Notes: a model not told the origin generated them from the sequence alone. A stretch of 64,000 nucleotides of DNA from Minisyncoccota bacterium (GCA_041656855.1 JBBACS010000003.1:4902-68901); one strand, 5' to 3'; positions 1-8,452 are shown, counted from the stretch's first letter. Made by a program: numbers and translations.

Positions 1-1068
1 TTTTGGGTTGATAAGTATCATTAGGAAACCGGCAAAAACGAGAGCTCTTCCAGCTTGATAATTTCTACGAGTAATCTGCGCTAAAATAACAATAAGCGCC
101 ATTACGCCCGCTCTTACTGCAGTAGAAGATGCTCCAGACATAATTATAAATAAAATAATTCCTATAATGCCACCGATAAATCCAAAGTTTTTTGGCAAAA
201 AAGAAAATACTTTCATTATGGCGTCTGCTACAACTGTAATATTGTATCCTGATAATGCGACTATATGTGAAAGCCCTGCTTTGCGAAATATCTCAGTAGT
301 ATTTTCATCCATAGAACTTTTTGTTCCAAGCAATATTCCAGAAAGAAGTGAGGATTCGGGTGAACTTATAGTTTTATTTATATTATTTAGAAATGCATTC
401 TTAATTTTGAATAATATACTTTTTATTATATTTCCATGGCTCCCGGATATAAATTCAGTCTTTGCAAAATCAATTTGATAATAAATATCATCTTTTGAAA
501 GATAAGATACGTAGTCAAATTCACTTGTGGTACTGCCATTACTTGGTGGAAAATTTTCTGGTTTCTCAAGCTTGCCTGTGATTTTTATCAAATCACCATA
601 TTTGAGCTCTGGATACAAATCTGTACTTACTATTCCCTTTCCTAAAATCAAAACATTTGAACTTGATACAATAATATTTTTAAAATCAACCACCAAAACT
701 GCTTGCTTATCTTTTCTAGTTGGCTCATCCGAAATTACTCCCTCAATAATAATTTTGTTTCCAATATTATTTTCCAAATTAATATCTAGAGATTTTGAAT
801 CTTTAAGTTCATATCTGAATATTCCTAAAGAAAATGATAATAGAAAAATTACTAAATATAATATTTCTTTAGCCCCGTCAGATTGGCTTTTTATCTGACT
901 GGGGTTTCTCTTTAAATCAATTATGATCAATTTCCTATAAATTAATAAAATTATTGAAAGAAATATTAAAAATATTGAAAAAGTGACACCAATTTTTATA
1001 AATGAACATAAAAAAATTGCCGATATGAAGCCAGCAATTGAAATTGTTAGAATAGAATTATTTTTCAT
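1..1068 (-). CDS. comEC: ComEC/Rec2 DNA internalization channel, N-terminal part (3' end runs off the window)
   Basis: Not in the ORF track because there is no stop in the window. My translation from the ATG at 1068 reads MKNNSILTISIAGF..., then LSGILLGTKSSMDENTTEIFRKAGLSHIVALSGYNITVV and GASSTAVRAGVMA, which are ComEC competence-domain signatures. The + strand ORFs 167..478, 527..898 and 983..1171 are antisense shadows. Confidence 0.8.
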   Translation of the reverse strand, partial: MKNNSILTISIAGFISAIFLCSFIKIGVTFSIFLIFLSIILLIYRKLIIIDLKRNPSQIKSQSDGAKEILYLVIFLLSFSLGIFRYELKDSKSLDINLENNIGNKIIIEGVISDEPTRKDKQAVLVVDFKNIIVSSSNVLILGKGIVSTDLYPELKYGDLIKITGKLEKPENFPPSNGSTTSEFDYVSYLSKDDIYYQIDFAKTEFISGSHGNIIKSILFKIKNAFLNNINKTISSPESSLLSGILLGTKSSMDENTTEIFRKAGLSHIVALSGYNITVVADAIMKVFSFLPKNFGFIGGIIGIILFIIMSGASSTAVRAGVMALIVILAQITRRNYQAGRALVFAGFLMILINPK

Positions 1069-1070
1069 TT

Positions 1071-1251
1071 ACCCGAGAAACTTTTTGCTAATAAAAATTA
1101 TTTGTTTTGACACAACATATAATACTATTACGTTGCTTACATCTAAAATCATGATTTTGTTTATTTATTAAATTTTTAATTTCATCGCGCTTATATGACG
1201 GTTGCGCGACGTGATTTCGCTAAATCAATGTTAGCAAAAACTTTAACGGGC
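1071..1251 (+). repeat. TIR-bounded intergenic element, copy A (181 bp)
   Basis: Ends ACCCGAGAAACTTTTTGCTAA (1071-1091) and TTAGCAAAAACTTTAACGGGC (1231-1251) are 17/21 inverted repeats. The same termini occur at 31006-31140 and 55127-55260. It abuts the comEC ATG (1068). Confidence 0.7.
1185..1230 (+). repeat. 46-nt repeat (copy 1), nested inside TIR element A
   Basis: tcgcgcttatatgacggttgcgcgacgtgatttcgctaaatcaatg is about 40/46 identical to the reverse complement of 3069-3116. A partial third copy lies at 63020-63044. Confidence 0.65.
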
Positions 1252-1267
1252 GAGAATATTCTATCAT

Positions 1268-1300
1268 AAAAAAACCGTTGGGATGACCCAACGGTTTTTA
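1268..1300 (-). terminator. intrinsic terminator hairpin downstream of 1312..1866
   Basis: aaccgttggg-atga-cccaacggtt, flanked by an A-run and a T-run. Confidence 0.7.
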
Positions 1301-1311
1301 TTTGCGAAAAA

Positions 1312-1866
1312 CTATTTCTTTTTTCTTACGCCCCAGAAGATTGAGCCGGCAGGAAAAATTGTTCCCTCATCTATTGGGTTTGCATCCTTGATCTGATGCC
1401 CCTGTAACTGGCAGTTCTTTGAGCAAAGGATTGCAAATTCCCTACCGAATTTGTCCGGCAATTTATCCATAAAGAAAAATGATTCTTCTTTTAGGAAATC
1501 AATTGCCGAAATCACAGTAAAAATGGCGTAAACCAGTGGAATTTTTTCTATCTCAAATTCCACCGCCTCCAACTCTACTGCTTCGAGAGTACAATCCTTT
1601 GTCAACACGAATGAAATGGGCTCGAGTTCATGCTGCATTCTCGGGAGCTCTTCTGTCAGCAACAACTCTTCATTTTTTTCAATGATTTCCTCAGCCCACG
1701 ATCCAACCTGTCCAGCAGAAAAAAATACAACTTTCTTTGCAATTCCTTTTTCCAAACTTCCTCCTTTTTTTGGTCTCTGACCGAATTTTGAAAATAGAAT
1801 TAGTTCTTCATATTTAGAAAGAACATTTACTCTTATAATTAAAGCAACTTGATCAATTTTTGTCAA
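1312..1866 (-). CDS. hypothetical protein (no family recognised)
   Basis: 184-aa ORF. The track start is a TTG, so the true start is uncertain. It looks noticeably more G+C-rich than its neighbours and is bracketed by hairpins and repeats. Confidence 0.5.
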   Translation of the reverse strand: MTKIDQVALIIRVNVLSKYEELILFSKFGQRPKKGGSLEKGIAKKVVFFSAGQVGSWAEEIIEKNEELLLTEELPRMQHELEPISFVLTKDCTLEAVELEAVEFEIEKIPLVYAIFTVISAIDFLKEESFFFMDKLPDKFGREFAILCSKNCQLQGHQIKDANPIDEGTIFPAGSIFWGVRKKK

Positions 1867-1910
1867 TTTAAAAGGTCGTACCCTTTGACACGACCTTTTA
1901 AATTATTTTA

Positions 1911-1974
1911 TTTTCTCTAAAACATTTTTATTAAAAATGTTCGGGCGGACAATCTACCTTAAAGTAGATTGTTT
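1911..1974 (-). repeat. 3'-end module (copy 1) containing the rnhA stop codon
   Basis: On the minus strand: aaacaatctactttaaggTAGattgtccgcccgaacatttttaataaaaatgttttagagaaaa. The same module follows the + strand gene ending at 4836. Confidence 0.7.
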
Positions 1975-2667
1975 TAGCCATTCTTTTAAAATTTCTTTCT
2001 CTTCAGAAGGACTTGTTGCCTTTTTAAATTTTACATCACCTTTTACTCCCTTTACTCTCTTTTCACATTCCACCCAAGTCTTATCTATATGAAGAACTCC
2101 ATGTACTAAGCTCAAATATGAATAAGCTATACCTTTATTACCAGATTTTTTTGTTACTTTAACACTACAACCTTTTGTATCATTCAAATCAAATTCATAA
2201 TCTGAAAGTATTCCTTTGAATAATTTAACATCTTCATTGTCAGCAAAAGAAGTCGCGATTGTATCGCATCTTTCATTACAAGACACACCTATATGACCAC
2301 CGACATAATTCCATTTAATATTTTTACCTTTTGAAACTTTAATAAGTTCTTCCCATAAATCACGATTTGAAACATCATCCTTTGTAGAATTTTTCCAGCC
2401 ATTTTTCTGCCATCCATAAACCCATTTTGTTATTCCATTTATTACATAGGCAGAATCTGTATTCAAAACTATCGCCTCTTTTGTTTTTTTAATTAATGAC
2501 AAAGCTTTTATCGCACCCATAAGCTCCATTCTATTATTTGTTGTGTGATTTTCTCTTCCACCTAATTCTGTAATTTTATTTTTGTCAGCAACAATTGCAC
2601 CCCAACCACCAGGACCAGGGTTTCCTCTTGAAGAGCCGTCACTAAAAATTAATATTTTTTCTTTCAT
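1954..2667 (-). CDS. rnhA: ribonuclease HI with C-terminal hybrid-binding-like extension
   Basis: ILIFSDGSSRGNPGPGGWGAIV, NRMELMGAIKAL, TDSAYVINGITKW and GGHIGVSCNERCDTIA form the RNase H fold and catalytic motif pattern. The C-terminal ~60 aa (AYSYLSLVHGVLHIDKTWVECEKRVKGVKGDVKFKKATSPSEEKE) resembles the RNase H1 hybrid-binding domain. Confidence 0.9.
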   Translation of the reverse strand: MKEKILIFSDGSSRGNPGPGGWGAIVADKNKITELGGRENHTTNNRMELMGAIKALSLIKKTKEAIVLNTDSAYVINGITKWVYGWQKNGWKNSTKDDVSNRDLWEELIKVSKGKNIKWNYVGGHIGVSCNERCDTIATSFADNEDVKLFKGILSDYEFDLNDTKGCSVKVTKKSGNKGIAYSYLSLVHGVLHIDKTWVECEKRVKGVKGDVKFKKATSPSEEKEILKEWLKQSTLR

Positions 2668-2669
2668 TT

Positions 2670-3071
2670 TTATGCTATATAAACATCACTTCCATCAGTC
2701 TCGGCAATTTCTGCATCAGCTTTTGTTTTATGAATTACTCCATCTTTATGGTGCGGTGGCATATATATTGTATAAAGTTTTAAAGATTTTTTGTTTGAAG
2801 TGTTAATCACATTGTGCATTGAGCCAGCAGGAACAACCACAGCGAAGCCATCAGAGATAAGTGCTTCTTCTCCATCAATTATTACCTTTCCTTCTCCACT
2901 ATCAATTCTGAAAAACTGATCATTATCTGGGTGAACTTCCATTCCTATTTCTTCACTCGGTAATAAACTCATTACAACAACTTGTCCATTCTTTGAAGTA
3001 TAAAGTACTTTTCTAAAATTATTATTGTTTATTGCATCCTGTTCAATATTTGAAACAAATCCTTTTTTCAT
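2670..3071 (-). CDS. cupin domain protein
   Basis: MEVHPDNDQFFRIDSGEGKVIIDGEE...VVVPAGSMHNVINTS is a cupin_2-type beta-barrel motif. The track start 3119 is a TTG inside a repeat, so I use the ATG at 3071 (MKKGFVSNIEQD). Confidence 0.8.
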   Translation of the reverse strand: MKKGFVSNIEQDAINNNNFRKVLYTSKNGQVVVMSLLPSEEIGMEVHPDNDQFFRIDSGEGKVIIDGEEALISDGFAVVVPAGSMHNVINTSNKKSLKLYTIYMPPHHKDGVIHKTKADAEIAETDGSDVYIA

Positions 3072-3116
3072 TGATTTTGCGAAATCACGTCGCGCAACCG
3101 TCCGATAAGCGCGACG
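3069..3116 (-). repeat. 46-nt repeat (copy 2), 5' leader of the cupin gene
   Basis: Reverse complement matches 1185-1230. It ends exactly at the cupin ATG. Confidence 0.65.
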
Positions 3117-3175
3117 CAATTTTTTAATTAATTGATAATATCTATATTATATCAAACCCATGATATAATACACGA

Positions 3176-3379
3176 ATGGAAAATAACGACAAAAAACTTA
3201 TTGAATTAGAAGAAAAAGTTAATAAAATCTATATTTCTGTAGAAAAAACAAGAAAATATTTCTTGTGGACGATGATTATCACAATAGTTTTATTTGTCTT
3301 ACCCCTTATAGGAATAATATTATTAGCTCCATCTTTCTTACAAACATATCTTGGTGATTTTAATAGTTTGAGTCTTTAA
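3176..3379 (+). CDS. small membrane protein, hypothetical
   Basis: 67-aa ORF with a coiled N-terminus and one hydrophobic helix (WTMIITIVLFVLPLIGIILLAP). Confidence 0.45.
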   Translation: MENNDKKLIELEEKVNKIYISVEKTRKYFLWTMIITIVLFVLPLIGIILLAPSFLQTYLGDFNSLSL

Positions 3380-3457
3380 AGCTAGGTTGTAGGAATTAGC
3401 TTCTTAGCTTTTTAGGAATTTCCTAATAAGCTACTACTCTAAAAAGCTACAAGCTGT

Positions 3458-3901
3458 TCAAGCATGGTGATACGGTTCTTTTTTTATTACAGAAATCGCT
3501 CTATATATAGATTCAGCCAAAATTAGCCGTACGAGTTGATGTGGAAAAGTTAATTTTGAAAGCGACCACTTAAGATTTGCTCTTTTATATACCTCTTCAG
3601 TGAAACCATAGGCTCCGCCGATTACAAATACAATTTTCTTGTCGGAAGCTGACATTCTTTTTTCAATAAAACCAGCAAGTTCTTCTGTTGTCATTTCTTT
3701 CCCTTTGTCATCTAGTACAACAACAAAATCTCCGCTATCAATATTTTTCAAAATTCCCTCGGCTTCTTTTTCTTTCAGAGATGTAGGAATAAGTTTCCAT
3801 TCAACTGGGAAATATCTACTAATTCTCTTTGTATAATCAGCTACCGCGACTTCTATATCTGAATCATTCTTCTTTCCTACTGAAATAAATGTGAATTTCA
3901 T
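3458..3901 (-). CDS. rlmH: 23S rRNA (pseudouridine1915-N3)-methyltransferase RlmH (SPOUT)
   Basis: MKFTFISVGKK..., VVVLDDKGKEMTTEE, VFVIGGAYGF and SLSKLTFPHQLVRLILAESIYRA. The ATG at 3901 is used because the track start is a TTG. Confidence 0.9.
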   Translation of the reverse strand: MKFTFISVGKKNDSDIEVAVADYTKRISRYFPVEWKLIPTSLKEKEAEGILKNIDSGDFVVVLDDKGKEMTTEELAGFIEKRMSASDKKIVFVIGGAYGFTEEVYKRANLKWSLSKLTFPHQLVRLILAESIYRAISVIKKEPYHHA

Positions 3902-4083
3902 CCGGTAGTGAAATTTCAAATTGTTTTTATATTGCTATATATACAATCTAAAACTTTATTTAATTATTAAAACTATTTTCGACTTTTTAACAAACTGTTT
4001 GTAAAAACAAAAGCAATGATTTGAAATTCTACTACGGGATTCATGATAAGGAAAGTATAGCAGATTTGTGCTAGAATCTCCTT

Positions 4084-4836
4084 ATGTTCACAAAAAACCA
4101 AGCAAAACTTATAAAATCCTTAGATGAAAAGAAAAACAGAGTTGAACTCGGACTATTTTTGGTTGAAGGAGAAAAAAGTGTTTCTGAACTACTTGATTCA
4201 GATTTTGAAATTGATTTACTACTTACTACTACAGAATTTTTTGATAAATACGGAGAAAAAATTAGAGAAAAATCAAAATCTTATGAAATTGTAAATCAAT
4301 TTGATTTAGAAAAAGTTGGGACCTTTGCAACAAACGACTCTGCTATTGCGGTGGTGAAACAAAAGATAAACAAACAAACTGAAATTAAAAAAAATGAGAT
4401 TTTAATAGCTTTAGATGAAATCAAAGATCCGGGAAACCTCGGAACAATCATTCGTATAGCTGACTGGTATGGAATAAAAAACATTATTGCTTCAAAAAAT
4501 ACAGTAGATTTCTATAATCCAAAAGTAATCACTGCAACTAAAGGTTCTTTCACTAGAGTAAGTATGTTTTACACTGATTTAAATGATTTTCTCTCAAAAA
4601 CAAAACTCCCTATTCTTGGTGCATTTCTAAATGGTGAAAATATTCATGAAACAAAATTCCCTGCAAGCGGAATACTTGTGATGGGTAATGAATCAAATGG
4701 TGTAAGCAAGGAAATAGAAAAACTTATTACAAAAAAAATAACTATTCCTGCATATGGAAAAGCAGAATCATTAAATGTTGCTATAGCGACTGCAATTATC
4801 TTGGATAATTGGCTAAGACAATCAAATTCAAAATAG
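4084..4836 (+). CDS. TrmH/SpoU-family RNA 2'-O-methyltransferase
   Basis: GNLGTIIRIADWYGI, VMGNESNGVS and IPAYGKAESLNVAIATAIIL are SpoU methylase motifs, with an N-terminal substrate-binding-like region. Confidence 0.85.
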   Translation: MFTKNQAKLIKSLDEKKNRVELGLFLVEGEKSVSELLDSDFEIDLLLTTTEFFDKYGEKIREKSKSYEIVNQFDLEKVGTFATNDSAIAVVKQKINKQTEIKKNEILIALDEIKDPGNLGTIIRIADWYGIKNIIASKNTVDFYNPKVITATKGSFTRVSMFYTDLNDFLSKTKLPILGAFLNGENIHETKFPASGILVMGNESNGVSKEIEKLITKKITIPAYGKAESLNVAIATAIILDNWLRQSNSK

Positions 4837-4936
4837 ATTGTCCGCCCGAACATTTTTTATTCGACATTATTTTCTTATGAACAAAGTGAATTATAAAATA
4901 AGAAGTGCCCTTGTGGTAAAAAATGTTTTAGAGAAA
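4816..4936 (+). repeat. 3'-end module (copy 2) containing the stop codon of 4084..4836
   Basis: agacaatcaaattcaaaaTAGattgtccgcccgaacattttt (4816-4857), then a 62-nt insert, then aaaatgttttagagaaaa (4919-4936). Same order as copy 1. Confidence 0.7.
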
Positions 4937-4943
4937 AGAAATA

Positions 4944-5438
4944 TTAAATAACATTATATTCTATCCACTTTCCTCCATTTTTTATTTTTTTCTCAGAAAT
5001 AAGTTTTAAATGTGGTTCATTTATAAAAGCTTTTATACCACTTCCAATTTTTACTGGTATAATATTTAAAATTACTTTATTAACGATTTTTTCTCTTAAA
5101 ATCACATCATTAAATTCAGATCCACTAGATATAAGTATATTTTTACCAAAAGTAACAATTTTTTTTATTGAATGAATGACATTATACGGAGGCTTAACAA
5201 TATAATCTTTATTTTTTGTAATAACTAATTTTTTAACCTTAAGATTGTCATACTCTTTTACTGCTTCAGTTGGATAATTTTGTATTGCTTCATAAGCTTT
5301 TCTACTATTAACTACTACATCATATTTCTTACACAAATTTAAGTATTCACTCCAAACTTCGTCTGGGATAAAATCTTCGCTACCATCTTCACGAGCAATA
5401 AACCCGTCTTGTGAAATTGAGTTATATAAAGTAATCAT
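4944..5438 (-). CDS. RibD C-terminal / dihydrofolate-reductase-like domain protein
   Basis: MITLYNSISQDGFIAREDGSEDF...VVVNSRKAYEAI...LVITKN fits the RibD_C pattern. The ATG at 5438 is used because the track ORF over-extends into the aldolase gene. Confidence 0.7.
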   Translation of the reverse strand: MITLYNSISQDGFIAREDGSEDFIPDEVWSEYLNLCKKYDVVVNSRKAYEAIQNYPTEAVKEYDNLKVKKLVITKNKDYIVKPPYNVIHSIKKIVTFGKNILISSGSEFNDVILREKIVNKVILNIIPVKIGSGIKAFINEPHLKLISEKKIKNGGKWIEYNVI

Positions 5439-5442
5439 TAGA

Positions 5443-6468
5443 TTAAAAACCAAACAAGCCCAGTAAGCCAGCTTTATATTTCCCAACACTAGCCAAACTA
5501 TTTCTTTTTGCAGCCTCTGCAAGCAATTTCTGAGCGCCAATAACATCTACAGGATTTTTTGCCCAACTCTTTAGCGCAGGATTTTGTATTGCTCTTCCAT
5601 AAGAAAAAGTTAGTGACCAAGGTAATTTTCCTTTTTTGTGCATTGCATTCAAGTTTAGTGTTGCTTGCTCATCTTCTTGTCCTCCAGAAAGAAATACTAT
5701 TCCTCCAATATCTACTGGTACATGTTCTTTCAAACATTTTAAAGTCATTTCTGCCACTTCCTCTGGTGTAGATTGCTTCTGTGAACTTTTCCCTGCAATC
5801 ACCATGCTGGTTTTTAAAATTATGCCAGGAATAAATATTCCGGCAGATTTTAGAATTGAAAAAACAATATCTAAATTCTTTGCTGTGACTTCATAACACT
5901 TTTCTATAGTATGATCTCCGTCTATTAAAACTTCTGGTTCCACTATTGGAACGATATCATATTCCTGACAGAGCAAAGCATATTTTGCAAAAGATTCAGT
6001 ATTAGCTTTCATGCAAGCTTCACTTGGTGTTGCTCCAGTAATATTAAAAATTGCTCTCCATTTCGCAAAAGTTGCACCCATTTTTTTATATTCATCTAGG
6101 CGGGCAGATAAATTATCTAAACCTTCAGTAATTTTATCCCCGACTACAGATCCAAAATCTTTAGTCCCAGTATCAACTTTTATCCCAACATCTATTCCTT
6201 TTGATTTTAATATTTCAGTAAATTTCTTGCCATCTTTTGTCGATTGTCTAACAGTCTCATCAAAACAAATATAACCTGAAATATATTTTTCAATATTTTT
6301 TGCTGTAACAAGTAATTCTCTATATTCTCTTCTTTTTTCTTCGGTAGTTGAAACTCCGAGTTTTTCAAAACGTTTATTACATGTGGATGTGCTCTCATCA
6401 ATTGCAAGAATCCCTTTAGGAGAAGCTGTTAATCTTTTAGCAGTTTTTATTAGGGTGTCTTTATTCAT
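5443..6468 (-). CDS. fba: fructose-bisphosphate aldolase, class I
   Basis: SPKGILAIDESTSTCNKRFEKLGV, GIKVDTG, FAKWRAI, EPEVLIDGDH, ILKTSMV, VFLSGGQ and LTFSYGRAIQ: class I (Schiff-base) aldolase signature along the whole length. Confidence 0.9.
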   Translation of the reverse strand: MNKDTLIKTAKRLTASPKGILAIDESTSTCNKRFEKLGVSTTEEKRREYRELLVTAKNIEKYISGYICFDETVRQSTKDGKKFTEILKSKGIDVGIKVDTGTKDFGSVVGDKITEGLDNLSARLDEYKKMGATFAKWRAIFNITGATPSEACMKANTESFAKYALLCQEYDIVPIVEPEVLIDGDHTIEKCYEVTAKNLDIVFSILKSAGIFIPGIILKTSMVIAGKSSQKQSTPEEVAEMTLKCLKEHVPVDIGGIVFLSGGQEDEQATLNLNAMHKKGKLPWSLTFSYGRAIQNPALKSWAKNPVDVIGAQKLLAEAAKRNSLASVGKYKAGLLGLFGF

Positions 6469-6526
6469 ATATCAAATTATAGCAAATTAAAAAAATTAAA
6501 TCTTTAGTAACATAACGACTTTATGA

Positions 6527-7159
6527 TTAAAACCGCTTTTTCAGCAAATAGATAAAAACCAACACAAAGACAATTATAATTATAGAGCTCAATAGCAAAT
6601 ATTTACCTATAATGCCATAAAAGATTCCATACCATGGTTCATTAAAGAAATTTGTTTTTATAGAATACAACTCCTGAATATAATGAATAAACTGTTTGGC
6701 TGGAAAACTTTCAGTTTCTCCTATAGCTAGCGTATATTTACCAATGTTATTTGATCGACTAACAATAATATTATATGTACCGGTTGAGACAATATTATTA
6801 AATGATGGTCCTTGCCAATACCAATCACCACCATATTCTTCATACCAACTTTGCCATCCATCAGTTGAAGTAGCCAGCCTAGCAATAATATTTTGTTTAT
6901 CATTCACTATCAATACAATAAAATCTTTATTAGAATCCTGAATCTTTGGGGATAAAATTTGTATATATAATTTTAATGATGAAGTTGCATATATTGTGTA
7001 TACAGCTTCTGCTCCAAAAAGCTCACCGTAATATGCTTTTGATATATTCGGGTCTGTGTCTATAACTTTCGTTTGTCTATTAATATAATTAGGTTGATGA
7101 GCAAATATAATAATTGGTATGACAAAAAAAACTAATACAAAAATTAAATATTTTTTCAT
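6527..7159 (-). CDS. hypothetical exported protein with C-terminal membrane anchor
   Basis: 210-aa ORF with an N-terminal signal-like helix and a C-terminal TM (LLLSSIIIIVFVLVFIYLL). Confidence 0.6.
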   Translation of the reverse strand: MKKYLIFVLVFFVIPIIIFAHQPNYINRQTKVIDTDPNISKAYYGELFGAEAVYTIYATSSLKLYIQILSPKIQDSNKDFIVLIVNDKQNIIARLATSTDGWQSWYEEYGGDWYWQGPSFNNIVSTGTYNIIVSRSNNIGKYTLAIGETESFPAKQFIHYIQELYSIKTNFFNEPWYGIFYGIIGKYLLLSSIIIIVFVLVFIYLLKKRF

Positions 7160-7226
7160 ACATAAATTATACTTGGGTAAAACAAGAAAATCAAAGAAAA
7201 AAGGATCCGAGATAAAAACTTATACT

Positions 7227-7443
7227 TGGGTGGCTATCGGGGAGTTTCAGCTTACAGCCGCAGTACACCAAGAATCAGAGGGGGTTGGTCACAGCTTTTT
7301 TCTTCGCCGTCGCTCAGAAAAAGTTGCGAAGCTCTGCACTTGATTTTCTAATTCACTTCGTTCATAACAAAATCTACGCCCGACTCAGCTGATTTTTCTA
7401 CTGAAAAATCAGCTTCCATCTTTCAACCCTCGATAGCCATACC
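7227..7443 (-). ncRNA. tRNA-cognate minihelix-mimic element, His-type copy B (type II + TGTAA modules)
   Basis: On the minus strand, the 5' part tggctatcgagggttgaa is antisense to the tRNA-His 3' end (ttcaacccccgatagcca). The 3' end ctccccgatagccaccca is a verbatim sense copy. It also contains the 14-nt-loop hairpin and the GTAC/TGTAA hairpin. Confidence 0.65.
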
Positions 7444-7452
7444 AAAAATATG

Positions 7453-7577
7453 TATCGGGGAGTTTTTCCTTACAGGAACTGTACACCTTTCGTATCGTAC
7501 TCACTACGTTTCGTGCGATATACTCAAGGTCTTCAACCCCCGAACGTAAGTGCCTACTAGCACTTACTTAGCCGCCC
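7453..7577 (-). ncRNA. tRNA-cognate minihelix-mimic element, His-type copy A (type I)
   Basis: On the minus strand: gggcggcta, hairpin gtaagtgc..gcacttac, tcgggggttgaa (antisense of the tRNA-His T-arm), accttGAgta..tacGAaaggt, gtacag-ttccTGTAAggaa-aaa, then ctccccgata. Confidence 0.65.
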
Positions 7578-7903
7578 AAATGAAAAAGACGGCTTAACGC
7601 CGCTTTTTCATTTGGGTGCATAGGGGGTCTAGAACAATCTACTACCAACAACCACAAAGGTATTTGAGCTATTTTCAGCGTATCAAAAATAGGCGTGTCG
7701 GTCACTATATAAAAAGATCAGAAGTGTTCATTAGTACACTACCCGTCTTATGCTTCCTTTTTTTCAAAAACAGAAGCATTCCATCAATCACCGTAAGAAT
7801 GGTTCAGAGAATTTTGAGTGTTTTTATAAATAAGTTCCAGAATAAATCATGGTCAAACGACGGTCTAGAACTAAAAACACAAATGGCTATAGATCTTTCT
7901 CAA

Positions 7904-8371
7904 CTAGGGATTTATAGCCTGTCTAATTGCGGTCTCAAAATCTCCGGGAACATCCGTTCCTATGCGATAGATTCTTCCGTTTTTCATAATTATTTCAACC
8001 GCATCAAAACCAGAAACATTATATATCCACATCTTGGGCCATAGCCACAACCTTATTCCCCAGCCATAATACCAATGATTCTTCACTTGCTTTACTGATA
8101 CTATTTCACTAAGTAAGAATTTTTTCTTGAAAATTCCATAGCCAAATTTTATCTGAAGACAATTTTTATCAATTGACGTTGTTAGTGTGGTAAACGATGC
8201 AAGAGTAAACGATATTAAAACCATTATGGTGGTAATGAGAAAATTTGTACCAGAATAGTATGAGGGTGTTTCAGTCCTGGCTATAATTTGAGCCCATGCA
8301 AATAACGCCAGCACAATCAGTGTGATAATAATCATCAGATATCCAATTTGAGTGTGTTTATATGAGGTCAT
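7904..8371 (-). CDS. hypothetical membrane protein
   Basis: 155-aa ORF with two N-terminal TM helices followed by a small soluble domain. Confidence 0.6.
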   Translation of the reverse strand: MTSYKHTQIGYLMIIITLIVLALFAWAQIIARTETPSYYSGTNFLITTIMVLISFTLASFTTLTTSIDKNCLQIKFGYGIFKKKFLLSEIVSVKQVKNHWYYGWGIRLWLWPKMWIYNVSGFDAVEIIMKNGRIYRIGTDVPGDFETAIRQAINP

Positions 8372-8452
8372 AATTTATTTGAGAATTTTCTTATTTAATT
8401 GTTCGAACTATTCCAACAACAACAAGACTGGCGTCAGATATTTTTTTGCCTA

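Noticed and set aside
3072-3119. N-terminal extensions of track ORFs starting at TTG/GTG: cupin 3119, rlmH 3919, aroB 13766, 30757..31026, hup 41464, pcrA 59976, rsmA 62021, dksA-like 56415, ruvX 18117, RibD_C 5546, 33639, 42057 and 23565
   Set aside because: The extensions run through repeats, hairpins or the neighbouring gene. An in-frame ATG matches the expected family N-terminus in each case, so the coordinates were trimmed.
7614-7903. tmRNA, RNase P RNA, SRP RNA or 6S RNA in the 290-nt non-coding gap, and likewise in 46842-48392
   Set aside because: I looked for a GGGG...tag-ORF...T-arm/ACCA architecture, the GAGGAAAGUCC / AGGGUGAAA RNase P motifs and the SRP GGAA/AGCA loop, and found none. 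Only a tRNA-like 3' tail is present. The gap is left as unassigned.
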